This document shows, one piece after another, positions 51,965-64,000 of a stretch of 64,000 nt of DNA (the stretch's first letter is position 1; each line of letters begins with the position of its first letter). The notes under the pieces were generated by a model. That model saw only the letters and a program-made list of their open reading frames with translations, did no database searches and was not told where the DNA came from. The position numbers and the translations under genes are program-made. The stretch comes from Paramecium tetraurelia (Eukaryota), in contig CT867987.1 of the NCBI GenBank assembly GCA_000165425.1, positions 248,001-312,000 of the forward strand, given 5' to 3'.

Positions 51965-54900
51965 TTTGAATAATTAAATAATCTTTAAATTTATCAACCA
52001 ATACTTTATAATTCAGAAAACATATTCATTTTTCGATTCAAATATCATCTTTAAATTGCAGATTCAAAATAATAAGTCATCATTTCTAAAGTCAAATATT
52101 TTCATAGTTAAGATACCTTAACTTCATCAAAAAATAACTCTTTCATCTTTTTCACTTTGAATACAAACAGTTACAAAAAGTTGATATTATAACTAAATTT
52201 TCCTTTATTTTTCATTTTGTGCGATTTGATTAAAAATACTAAGTTTTATGCAATTTTACTAATCAAATTATAGTATTATTTATCGTCTGGCACATTTTGA
52301 GAGGGAAAATTCAATTCCTAAATTTCTTTTAATTCTGTTCACATTTGTTAAAATAATAATCAATTAAAAAAAAGTAAAATAATGTAATTGTTCTCCATCA
52401 AGGTGTTTAAGGTTTTACATAGAATTTAATCTTGAATTGAATTCACATTGAAACCCTTTCCTGTAGAAAAAATTATATAAAAAATCGAATTTGAAATTTA
52501 TTTTCTAATAAAATTATTTCAAAAATAATTAAAAGGTTGATGAAGCAATATTAATTGGTAAACATCAGCTCTATTAGTAGTAAGTCCTAAAAAATTATAG
52601 TAGATAAATAAGAAAAATAATATTTTACAATTATTAACTTTTGTATGCTATAATTAAAAGTTATGGTCAATCTAAGTTATATTTAGAATAATCATAAAAT
52701 TAAATCGTTTTAATTTTGTTTAGGAAGGAAATAAATTTTATGATAGTTATTAAAAATAAAAGGACTTTTATAAAAAAATTTGTTTCAAAAATAAAATTTT
52801 TGACATTTACATCAATAAAAAATTTATATTTTAAAAAATGAGAATTTGATTTAATTTCCATAAGAGATTGTTAGGTGTATTAAAACTACTTCTAAATATT
52901 GTATAAATTTCTCATTAATTTCCAATTATCGAATGAATGGAAGGTAATTATTTAATTATGTATACTTCTGTGATATAAATTCCATAAAGGTGGTTTATCT
53001 ATTAAAAATCTTATATTTTTATTAATAGGGTGATCTCTATATGAATTCATAATATTTATTAATTCATTTTTTAAAGAGTAATTGGCTAATGGAATTTTCA
53101 ACTCATTAAAATCGAAGGCTAATATTGAGATAAACCACATTTAGTAACCATCAAATTGTTAATTAGTCTTCTCATTGCATAAGTTTTAAGATTTCCCTAA
53201 GCATACTAAAGTGATATTTAAGAATTCTTAATATTATTCAGCAATCACAGCAGGTTAAATTTAGTAGAGATCTATTTAAGGAAATAAAGAATTTTTGTCA
53301 TTAACTATTAAATTATGAATTGAGAAATTTTTGGATAAACCTGGATTATTATGATATGAAAGTTAAGTAAATTTTTTTGAAAATTTTAATTTGTATTTTC
53401 GATTTGCTGATGTAAATCATTTATTAAGCATTTATTTGTTAATTTTCAAAAAAAAAAATCAGAGTGTGTTAGTTCGAATTAATTTTAACCTGAATTTATG
53501 CATAACTTCAAATTTAAGAAATTTGCCGAGTTTATAAATTATTTATTTCTATATTGATAAGATAGGATAAATTTGAAATGACTCATCAAAAATATTTCAC
53601 TAAAAATAAATGGTAGATTAATGTTTTATTTAATTGTTCCATGACTACATAAATATTGCTTTATCTTTATAGTTTTGGATTTACAATTAAAAAATATCAA
53701 TATATTCATTTTTCAATTCTATTATTTTTCTCATTTTCTTTGAGTTTAATAATTAATATTTTTATTGTTTATAAATTATGCTTTGGATTTCTTCTATAAT
53801 CTGCCTTTTTATCCCTACAGTAACTTTTTGAAACTTAATAGAGTCCTACAACTACAACTTCTAATCATCTTAAGTTAGAATTTGTGGGCAAGTTTTGGTT
53901 AAAAATTATCATGACTAGAATTTAATGTATAAAATTTAATTATCTACAAAAGATCAGCAAAGCTTCTCAAATGTTAATATCTCTTTTGAGCTTCAACGCT
54001 ATTATAAGGTTGTTATTGTTATCGGAATTAAATTCTAAATTTGATGTTTTTTTTCTGAATACTGTATTAGCTATTATTTTGAATAAATATTTTTGTATAT
54101 AGCTGGGCAAGATTTTTTTGATGAATAGAATCGCTTTAGAATTATTCCATATAAGTAGAATCTAAAGAGCCAATGCTGTATTTGCTACTTAAAAAGGGAT
54201 TGAAATCAAGGCTTAAAATGTAATTTTGAATATAGATTTTGATATTTGATGCAATTTTTCAAATTTTTGAATTTACATTCATAAAATATCAACCAAATTC
54301 TAAATGTAAATCGATATTGGAGTAAGTACAAAATCAGCGAAGAGATTCAGCTCTGTAAGGGAAGCAGCTTAAGAAGCTAGTTAAAATTATGCTTAACTAG
54401 TGAAGTGATTTTATTAAGAATCAATATGAATTTAATCAATTACAAAATTTTTGGAAAAATAAGGAGCTAATCTCAGTATCTAAAATTAAATAATTTTTTA
54501 ATAAAATGAATATCCTTTCAAACAATTATCAATAAACTTCAATATCAGGCTTATTTATCTGAAATATTAAACAATTAAAATCTCTGAACTTGATCTAAAA
54601 AGATTATTTATTGAAATTTAAAAATTTAATAAAAGGTGCCTTACAGAATTTTATGTAAGTTTACTTGAAATTTGTTGCTACAATTTCTCTGACAAAATAG
54701 TTTTTCAAATTATTTTGCTATTTATCAAAGGTTACTCCTATTACTCAAAACTCAGTTAAATACTATCATTAAATCAAATAAGTCAAAGCAATTTGTTGAG
54801 GTGTTTATATTATAACAGCATTACACAAAATATAGAAATTTCAATGGATTTTTAAAATGTAATTAGAAAGATCATAACTTCTAAAGTAGGACCTAAAATA

Positions 54901-55747
54901 AAAATTACAAATAGATGAAGCATAACTCAGAACTAGGATTTTAATTGTTACGTTTAATATATGTATCAATTGCAATTTGTACTCCTGAATTATCAACAAT
55001 TACTTATTAATTTAATTTCAATATATAAAATGGAATGAGATACTGTGTTTAACTTAGACTATTTCGTAAGGAAAAATATCATTATACTGAAATGTACGAA
55101 TTATTTCATATTTATTCATGCATCCTCGCAGTTCTGTATTGACCCCTTTAGAAAGATTATGAGAAAATTTCAACTGTCATGGTTTGAAAAGAATTTGTAA
55201 TTTAAAAAAAATTTTTTAGTAAATAAAGGATGATAGTTTAATATCAATTAAAAAACTATTTTAAACTAGGTACTTCAATAATATAGTATTATGAAGGAAG
55301 AATTCACGTATTTCATTTATTTTAAGAAACAATAATAGCATATAATAACTGAAGATTTTAAGCATGTTTGGTACAAAATTGCAAATAAATTATATATATT
55401 GTATTTTCATCTATTTTTGGTTCAAAAAAAGAAAAATATTTTATAAAATCAAAATTCATAAAAATAATAATGATACATTTTTTCTATGTGCTTAATAATT
55501 TTCATTAATGTTAGAAATTCATTGATTTCATTAATTAAATTTAAAGTAAAATAGTCTTGCATTATTTATTTTACATTTTGTTATTTATAAAATAGATGTA
55601 AAGATAAGTCACGATGAACATGGAATATTTTATTTCACAATCTATCATATTTTATGTCTAGAATAGGATAATGGTATTATAAAATTGAAGTTCATTGTAT
55701 TTAATTAATTTTATTAAAAATTGTAAATTGCAAAGAAAGCAGAGTTT

Positions 55748-56287
55748 ATGATTATACTTATATTTATTCATTTGATTATAGAATCTAATTCAATTTGTTT
55801 GAAAAATTAGAACTACTTTCTATCAATCATCAGAGGTAACTATAAGAATGTTTTACAAAAAAATGGAGAAGCAATCATTTCATCTAGATTACAAAATGGT
55901 ATGAAAGCTGGTAAAGATGGCAGCTGTCTTAATGATTCAATGTATGATTTAGACATTTATACTTGGAATTATCATGGATAATCAATCGCTTTTTAACTTA
56001 GACAAGTATATGAATTAAATACTTTAAAAATCTGGTTTTGGGATGGTGATAGCAGAATCTACAGATTCAAAATATACATTCAAAATGAAAATTAAGAGAA
56101 GTTGGTTTATGATGGGACAGGAAAAAGTATATTTATCTTAAAATTTCCTGATTTATTTGTTTCAAGATTTCGATTATAGAGTATAATTTCATTTTTTTTT
56201 AAAATAATATTATCTATAGTAAATGTGAGTGGGAATACATTCAATAATTAAATGCATTTATTAAGGGCTGAGGCCTACTACAATTGA
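55748..56287 (+). CDS. Secreted discoidin/F5/8-type-C-like (BTBD9-type) domain protein containing an IES-like or intron insert
   Basis: Signal peptide; LRQVYELNTLKIWFWDGDSRIYRFKI..FP..VSRFRL..NVSGNT..HLLRAEAYY; 540-nt frame open even without removing the insert. Confidence 0.8.
56175..56218. other. Candidate internal eliminated sequence (IES), 42 bp between TA repeats
   Basis: Ends TATAGAGT...TATCTATA form a TATAGA inverted repeat fitting the TAYAG IES consensus; AT-rich core; excision leaving one TA gives R-L-V-N-V-S-G. Confidence 0.55.
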
Positions 56288-56724
56288 AAAGCAGATGATA
56301 AATATGTATGAAAATAATAATATTATATAATTTTAAGACGATAATCTAAGAATATTTTATTCGAATTATTAAGAAAGAAAGTGTCGTTAAAATTTAAATA
56401 ATTCTAGTCTAGAAATTCAAATTCTTAATATAAATTGGGAAAAAAATATATTTTGTAAAAGAAATTTTAATTATCATCCATCATTCTTTAGAACAATTGT
56501 ATTCATTAAATAACTCAATAGCATTTTGGATTTTCTCTGGAATTTTGATCCTTGAGCTTTTAATTTTTTATATACAACAATAATACACGAAATTCGTTCT
56601 AAAATTGATGCTTCTATTGACTTGTAAAATGAAATGAGCATGAATGATAAAATAATAAAAACAAATAGTAATTTTTAAATTAAATTCTGTTTGAATCCAA
56701 AAATTATATTTTAAATTAATACTT

Positions 56725-58564
56725 ATGGGAAATAAGTAAATCAATTAATTTTCCTAAGAACAGTAAAACCTTAATAAAGAAATGTAAATACCTTCATATG
56801 TTTCATTATAGAACAACAGAAAAATAAGAGATTTCAATTTATGAGGATAATGTTTGGGATTGTTATCATTCTCGTTTTTGTAGAACTAAATTTTAAATTA
56901 ACTAAAGTTCTAAACAAGAAATCTAATATTCAACAATTGAAGGATTAGTCCTTAGAATGTAAATGTTCTTATACTTAATTAAAGCGATTAAATAACAGAT
57001 ATATCAGACAAGCCAGAAATATTAACTAACTTAGAACAGATTAAATACCTAAATTGGCTAGGAGAATATGGAGATAATTTAAAGAAGGTTGGCAAATGGA
57101 TTGCAAAATGGAAGGGAGAGATTTTGAAAGGTGTAGGTGGATGTTACTCTGAAAAAGGTGATGGATAAAAGTTAGGGTTATGGAAGGAATTAATTAAGAA
57201 TTATTGGAGGTAGTTTTTATTGATAATTGTTATAATTAAGCAAGGCTTAAGTGTACGAAATAGGAGAATACTGCGATGGTTAAAGAACAGGAAAATGGAT
57301 ATATATGTATAAAAATCAAGAGATGTATGATTTGTGTTTATATTTTTGTAGTGGTGGCGGATTTTATAACAAATCAGGTGAAAAAATTGGTAAATGGATT
57401 GTAATAAATGATGCTTTTTGGGAGTATTTGATTACATAATTCATTATTTAATTAAATTAGGTAAAGTTATGTCATTTTCAGTGGCTAATATGAAAAAGGT
57501 AAAAAAGTAGGTTTATGGGATACATATTACAATAATAATTGTGGAGAATAATAGACCTAATTGATGTATTATATTAATAACTGTAATTATAGGGGAACTG
57601 GAGTATATGATGAACAAGGTAGTAAGGTTGGAAAATGGGAAGAAATGAGTGAAGGATCTTGGAGGTAACCTAACTTTTCCTACTATTAATTTTAGAAGGA
57701 GATTAATAAATATAGTTGGAAACTATAAAAAGGAATAAAAAGTTGGTAGTTGGGATACTTATTGGACTTGGGATAAACAAATTATCAAAATGTAAATGTC
57801 ATAATATGCGATATCTTATTCATATTATTAGTGGCGGTGGAAATTATGACGAAAATGGAGGTAATGTTAAAGTAGGGAAATGGATTGATTTGAATGATGG
57901 TTTTAGAAGGTATAGAATTTACTTAAATTGTTACTTTAGTGATTATTAAGTGATATTTGAAGGTGATTATAAGTTTGGGACTAAAGTTGGTTTATGGCTT
58001 ACGTATTGGAGATGGAATCATATTTCTACATTTGAAAAGATGTAAATATTAATTTTACATTGCTCCTTACTAGTGGTGGAGGGACATATGATATTAAAGA
58101 AACTAATAAAAAAATAGGATATTGGATTGAGTAAGGTGATAATTTCAGATCGTAATTTAAAAATATCATTCTCTTAGTGATGCATAAGTCATAACCTTTG
58201 AGGGTGACTATCAAAATGATAAAAAAGTTGGCAGATGGAATTATTATTGGAGAGAAAATATATAAAAGAATTATGAATAGATGTAGTAAATAAAGACTTA
58301 TGTTAATAGTGGAGGTGGGTACTATGATAAATAAGGGAATAATTTAAAGATTGGTAAATGGATTGAGGTGAGCAATAAATTTTTTAAGTAAATTTAGAAT
58401 GTATTATTAGAAAGTCTAAAGTCATTTACAAGGGAACATATAAAAATAATAAAAAGGTTGGGACCTGGGATGAGATAAAAATAGATGATAATAAGAGGGG
58501 TAAATTAAGGGAGTTGTAAGAATTCACTAAATTTAGTACTTTCCTAGATTATCATGAATTATGA
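56725..58564 (+). CDS. MORN-variant (KVGKW) repeat protein with an MG- start (possible N-myristoylation)
   Basis: LTNLEQIKYLNWLGEYG; repeated GGG.Y...G.K.GKW.E and G.Y...KKVG.W units with introns at recurrent positions. Confidence 0.85.
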
Positions 58565-59709
58565 AAAAAAGACAAATAGAATTTGATATTTTTGTGAATT
58601 ATATAACTTAAACCACATAGTTTAATTTAACATATTACTTCAATTTAATTAACTTTCAGATTAAGTTTAAAGAAAATTCTAAATAGAAATCAAATTATGG
58701 ATTTATTTAATCTTATATAAACAAGAACAGCAAAACAAGACGTTTGTCTCTTTGTTGTCATTTTCAGTTTTCAAATTAATTAGTTTAATGAATACTAACC
58801 TATTGATTTAAGAAATAAAGTCTAAGTGTTTATTTGGTTATTTATAAGATTTTGAAAATACTTAATGATAAGTAACAAAGTAATAATGTAAAGTAATTAT
58901 AGAGGAGACAAGTTTATTTCAATTTATGTAAAATATAATAGAATTTAAATAATTCGAGCATTCAAACTAAATCATCAATGAATAGTCAAATTATAACGTT
59001 ATTATAGGTTAATTATAAAAAAGATAAATATAATTCTGATTTTGAAAAATCATTAATCAATTTATCAAATCTCAATTTTAGAATGTTTAGTAGTTAACTT
59101 TTAGAAATTAATTTGGTGTGAAAGATTCAGAATTTTTAATATATCAGTAATGGCAAGAATACATATAATTTAATTATAAAATTTGACTAGAAAAGTTAAA
59201 CTGAGCCATTATATATTCGAATAAATGTAGTCATAATAAGGGATAGCTCAGAAACATAAAAATTCTCTATCACGGTAATTACAATTAGAAATTAACAATT
59301 TTTGCATCCCTCATTACGTAGTTTATAAACTTCATATGAATTAATAACAAGGAGGGATTGTAATAAGCAGATGATTAAATGTGATTGTTTTCTCAAAAAA
59401 TTCTAAAAATTATCCTTACTCAACCTTTGAAATCAAGATAGTGAATAGTTATTTATTAATACTCATAAATGAAATATCATAATTAAATATACATGTTTAA
59501 TAATTAATGAGAATTCAAAGAATTCAATTGTATAATTCTTCATTTTGCATTTATTAAAATGAATTGTAAATCTATTGTAATTAAATTAATTATTTCTTAT
59601 AATATATATTACAATACAAATAGGTGATTATAGAATTTGTTTCTGCGTTGTGCATTTGCCTTATTAAAGCAACCTTTTCAATACTTCTTATTATTAAATC
59701 TTATAATAA

Positions 59710-60693
59710 ATGTCACAAACAAATTATCCAACTTTGAATTACACAAACCAGTAAGCCCCATCATAATAGTTGTTTGATAATAGAAATTAAAATTTGAAAT
59801 TTATACCCATAATAATTCCAACAGAAGGATAAAATTAATACCAACCATAATATTCATCCTAATAATAATATTGTCATAACTAAGTGACACCCAACTTGGC
59901 ATATTCAAATATTCAAGTTAATGAACAATTAATATTTCCTACACCAAATTTAATAAAGGATAAAGATTTTTCATAATAAAAACAGTTTCTCTTTTAAATT
60001 TTGGGAATATTTATATTATGGACAATTATTTCTGCTTTCCTTTATTATATATTGATGTTTAGTGTGTTCGGTATATTTAGGATAAGTGGAATCTATTTAG
60101 TTGTGGCAATCGCTTCTCTCGTATGTATTGGATTTCTGATTAAATTTGGAATTGACTAAAAGTAGAGAAAGGTAATAACTATATGAAATTGTAGTCGCAA
60201 TAAATTTTACTCGTACTATTGGGACTTATTTTTTGCTATACATTATTTTACATCGGGCTATTATACTTTCTATTGATTTCAGTACACAATTATTGGACAT
60301 GTAAAATTCTTATATCATTTCTAGCTGTGCTGGTATATTTTGTATTCCAATGTTTGATATGTTGTAATTTTATTACGAACTTCATAATATTAATCTATCT
60401 TCTTTTTGAAAATACTAAAATAAGAGTGATTTGTAAATTAAATAAATTATATGTAGATGTTTGCTTAATAGAATTTACCATAATTGCCATAATGGGAATC
60501 ATCTACTTACCATTCTTCTATTTGCTTATTGCAGTCTTACCTTATCCTATTTGTATTTTGAATGCCTTCAAGCAAATTCTAAAAGGAAGAGTAAACATTT
60601 TATTATATAATCTAGTTTAATTTATAATAAGATGAAGTAGTTGCAGCATCAATCGCAGCATTTTATGGCATGTTTGTTATCTGTGAAGATTGA
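59710..60693 (+). CDS. Divergent TMBIM/Bax-inhibitor-1 (lifeguard)-like multipass membrane protein
   Basis: Pro/Gln/Tyr-rich N-terminus, KQFLFQILGIF, about 7 hydrophobic helices, tail KQILKGRFNLQQDEVVAASIAAFYGMF. Confidence 0.65.
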
Positions 60694-60816
60694 ATTTAAT
60701 ATAATTAATAAATTTTAATATTAATTACTATAATTATTCAGAAAACTCTGTCTATTTAATTAAATTGAGTATATTCACTAATTTTATTGATCTTTTCTTT
60801 AATTATATACTATTGA

Positions 60817-61167
60817 CTGAAACTTTTATTGCAAAATGCAATCGGATTCATTGATATAAATGAGATTAAAAAATTAATTCATCCCCCAATAATTGTTGAG
60901 AAGATAATGACAATAGTATGCATTTTATTGGACCCCATATTCAAGAAAAGTGGAAATGTAAATTGGACAGCTTGCTTAAAGATAATTAAAAATGCATTCT
61001 TTATATTCCAACTAAAAAATTTAGATTAAAATTTGCTCTAAGATATCTACTCAATATCAGCAGAATAAGTTTAAAGAGTCTCAACTGCATGCCTTTCATT
61101 TTATTTATATATTAGAGCTGTTGTAGCTATCAAAAGAATCTAATTGTATTAAATAAAAAGTTATTGA
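60817..61167 (+). pseudogene. Fragment resembling the dynein heavy-chain microtubule-binding domain
   Basis: DINEIKKLIHPPIIVEKIMTIVCILL..NWTACLKII..FIFQLKNLD..VQRVSTACLSFYLYIRAV; no in-frame start ATG ahead of the domain (upstream TGA at 60814-60816). Confidence 0.6.
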
Positions 61168-63754
61168 GAAATTGATAAAAAGAGACTAAAAAGCTGTGAT
61201 GCGACTTTAAAGAATGAATGACTGATGAAGAGCATTCAAAATAAATTTAAAAATTAATAAAATTATAATATATAAATTATGATATACATTGTTCTGCTAT
61301 AAATTCGATTAACTGTTCTCAAATAAAAGCATAAATAAAAGTGATAAAAATAAAAATGGTGGAATGATGAATATTGCATTATCAAAATTCTAAATTGGCA
61401 TTACATATTATATGAGAAATGAAGTTGAGGTTTCAATAGATATATTTTTCATTAAAAATATTGGTAACATTTTAATCTTGAATTATATTAATTAGAGGGA
61501 TTTACAGTTTAGATCTTTGATTGAAAAGAGCAAAACTAATTTCAGAAGTCATAATTATGATAACATAAGTATAATAGAAATGCTTAATTCAAACTGTGAT
61601 GAGAAGAATGCCCTGCTGAAACTTCAAAACTTTTAAAAACTGGAAATCCTATGATGTTAATTTTTGATAATAGAAAATATTTAAACGAAATTGAATATGA
61701 TTTAATTTTCTAAAAGAAAATAGCATTAAACTGAATTCAAGAAATATAAAAGTCACCTAAGTAGAATGAAAGTATGAAGTATAACGAGTGAAAAACAGCA
61801 ACAGAAAGAGTTACGAGGATCTATTTAGGTATTAGGGAAAAATATTTGAAGAGATGAAAATAGGTATCAAAATAATCAACTTAAAAATTAGAAAGCAGAA
61901 ATTATTAAGAAACAACAAGTACATAAATATTAAAATTAGTTAATTTAAAATTCGCCATCCTAACAGGTAGGAAGATCCTCTTCATCTGTAACCAAAATTA
62001 AAAATCAGTATACGTTTTTGGATGAAACTTGAAGTCATTAGATCATCTCGTTTCAACTGACAATTTTTTTCCATCAACGCTTGTTGCGGAAGGTTACTCT
62101 TAGGGATGATTTCAACCTAATTTGAGTATCCAATCTGAGGTCGGTGTAAGGTCATTCTCATTGGAAGGATTTTACAAAGACCTCTTAATTCAATAAAATT
62201 TTAATTTCTGAGATCTAAAACAAACTACAATATTTACTTAGAAAAAAAAATATTGTAATTCAGGATTTGGTACATTTTTACCAATTAAGATAAAGGAATA
62301 TGAGAGAGTAGGACATTAATGACAATTTTTATTCTTTTAAAAAGACACTTAGGAAGAAGAAGAAAACATAGAGAGAATGACCCATTTGTGGATGTACAAA
62401 GTAAGTGTTTGAAACTAAGAATATCAAATGAGAACATGGTCTCAGCATTACGATTATTTTTTTACTCTTGTGAGTGAGTGGATATATAATTTGAAATATT
62501 AAAATTAAAATGCTCAGAAACCATCAGATTGTGCAGCCAGACATTAACTTAAAGGATTCCTCAACATAAATTATAAAGAATAAATTACTTGTTACGTAGA
62601 CATCAATTAACTTAGACATTGGGTAGGTCTAGAATCGAAATGGTGAACATTAGAATAATTTGGATTAATATTTTTTATAAGCGGCTGAAGAATGATTGGA
62701 ATATTGAAGGATATGATCTTTTGAAGGAGATTAAGGTTTTTAAAGAAAATTTTAGAGAATTCAACAAGATGCTGCCAAAACATAGGAAGAAATGGCCAAA
62801 TTGAATACATATGTTTGTTGAAGGGCCTTGAATAAATTAATTTAATAAACAGAAATCTGATGTTAATTCATGAGTATAGCAAAATATAATCCCTTGTAAT
62901 CCATTCCACCATCCTGAAAACTTCCAGTTTTACCAGTGGGCTATTAGAATATTCATTTGATGTATCTAAAAATGAGGCTTATAATAGATTAGCTAGATGA
63001 TAGAATTTATGAAAAAGACTCCTAGAAAGACTTTTTTCTACATTATAATCGTATCAAAAAATAATCCATTGTAACAATAGAATTAATACAACTTCTTAGT
63101 GAAATGAGAATGATAAAAAAACCTGTTTCCAGTTTGGAAATCAGCACTTAATGAGATTTACCTGAAAAATGTTTTCAATCTAAATTCAGCCAGACAATAA
63201 TTTATTGGTTATCCAAATTAAGAAAAGATTATTTCGATCTACTTTAAATACTAAATTTATGAAGAATAAAATTGATCAATTTGAAATAAGTATCTGTTGC
63301 TTGTTCACATAACCATTAAAGTAACATCCTCTGTGCTCAAGAACATTTATCCATTACTCCTTTGCGCTTAAGATTAATCTGCCTCTGAAAGAGACCCAGA
63401 TAATTCCATCAGGCAGGATGTTAGTCCGGCACTGACAGAGTAGGAAGGCCATACCATCTCCTTTTTGCTTGGACTCCAACTCCAAGTTGTCTCTGTAGCC
63501 ACCAGACAAAACAGCTTAAGTGTAAATACTTAAATTCTTAAAATTATATATTTATTTACTCTAAATTATACAAAAGAAAATCAATTGGTGATTTTAAATA
63601 TTTATTTTAATAATAAATCATCTTGCTGTATATTATATAAATAACAATTAATATCTTACTATCTTAAATTTAGTAGCTTTTACTAATGTAGATGATGCTT
63701 AACTTAGTAGACCTTAATTGTTCTAACAGATCTCATAAATTTATATAATAATAA

Positions 63755-64000
63755 TCATAATTCTGTATACTTTCTTATTTAGATTTCTTTTGATCCAATA
63801 TCCCATGTTATCAAATACTCTCCATCATTGCTTAATTATCCAAAAACATCATGGCAATCGAACTCAATAGATTATTAAAGTACAAATTCACCATTTTCTT
63901 ACTCTCTCATTAAATTAACATTCTTGCCATTCTTATTTACTAAGAGACATTTAGACTTTACGTAAGATTATGGAAAAAAGATTTCATCTTAATTTAAACT
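63755..64000 (-). CDS. 3' end (partial) of a Paramecium WD40-like repeat family protein
   Basis: FFPQSYVKSKCLLVNKNGKNVNL..GEFVLQQSIEF..FGQLSNDGEYLITWD..SKEIQIRKYTEL*; runs off the window edge. Confidence 0.8.

Noticed and set aside
63287..63520. Passing resemblance to U2 snRNA or RNase P motifs
   Set aside because: Matches are short, out of order and lack the pairing partners.
1..64000. Frequent in-frame TAA/TAG suggesting widespread pseudogenes or a novel code
   Set aside because: This is the known ciliate code (table 6); conserved proteins read through as Gln and end at TGA.
1..64000. tRNA, rRNA, telomeric repeats, transposase or reverse transcriptase
   Set aside because: None recognised by eye; degenerate elements in 52-64 kb cannot be excluded without a search.

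Overview
AT-rich ciliate DNA, almost certainly a Paramecium macronuclear-type sequence. Genes read only with translation table 6 (TAA/TAG=Gln, TGA the only stop), carry tiny 20-40 nt introns and are separated by very short spacers, so the supplied standard-code ORF track is fragmentary or antisense. I built gene models by hand. Bases 1-40400 are gene-dense: a CK1 kinase, a tandem longin-like protein, a C2H2 finger, MMS2/UEV1, an EF-hand protein, a catalytically degenerate P4-ATPase-like protein, an ATG1/ULK-like kinase, a chromo-shadow-only protein, two tandem CNBD K+ channels, three PAS-type multipass membrane paralogs and a large type-I membrane protein. Bases 40400-64000 hold fast-evolving families (TPR, giant Cys-rich/beta-helix membrane protein, discoidin-like, MORN-like, TMBIM-like, WD40-like) mixed with decayed sequence. 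Most notable: (1) both K+ channel paralogs seem to need a 23-nt non-canonical GT-TG intron at the same codon; (2) their coding sequences overlap by 8 nt; (3) a 42-bp TA-bounded IES-like insert that could also be spliced as an intron; (4) an intact stand-alone pseudo-flippase; (5) a bi-longin protein with duplicated intron positions. No database searches were run; family calls are from motif recognition.
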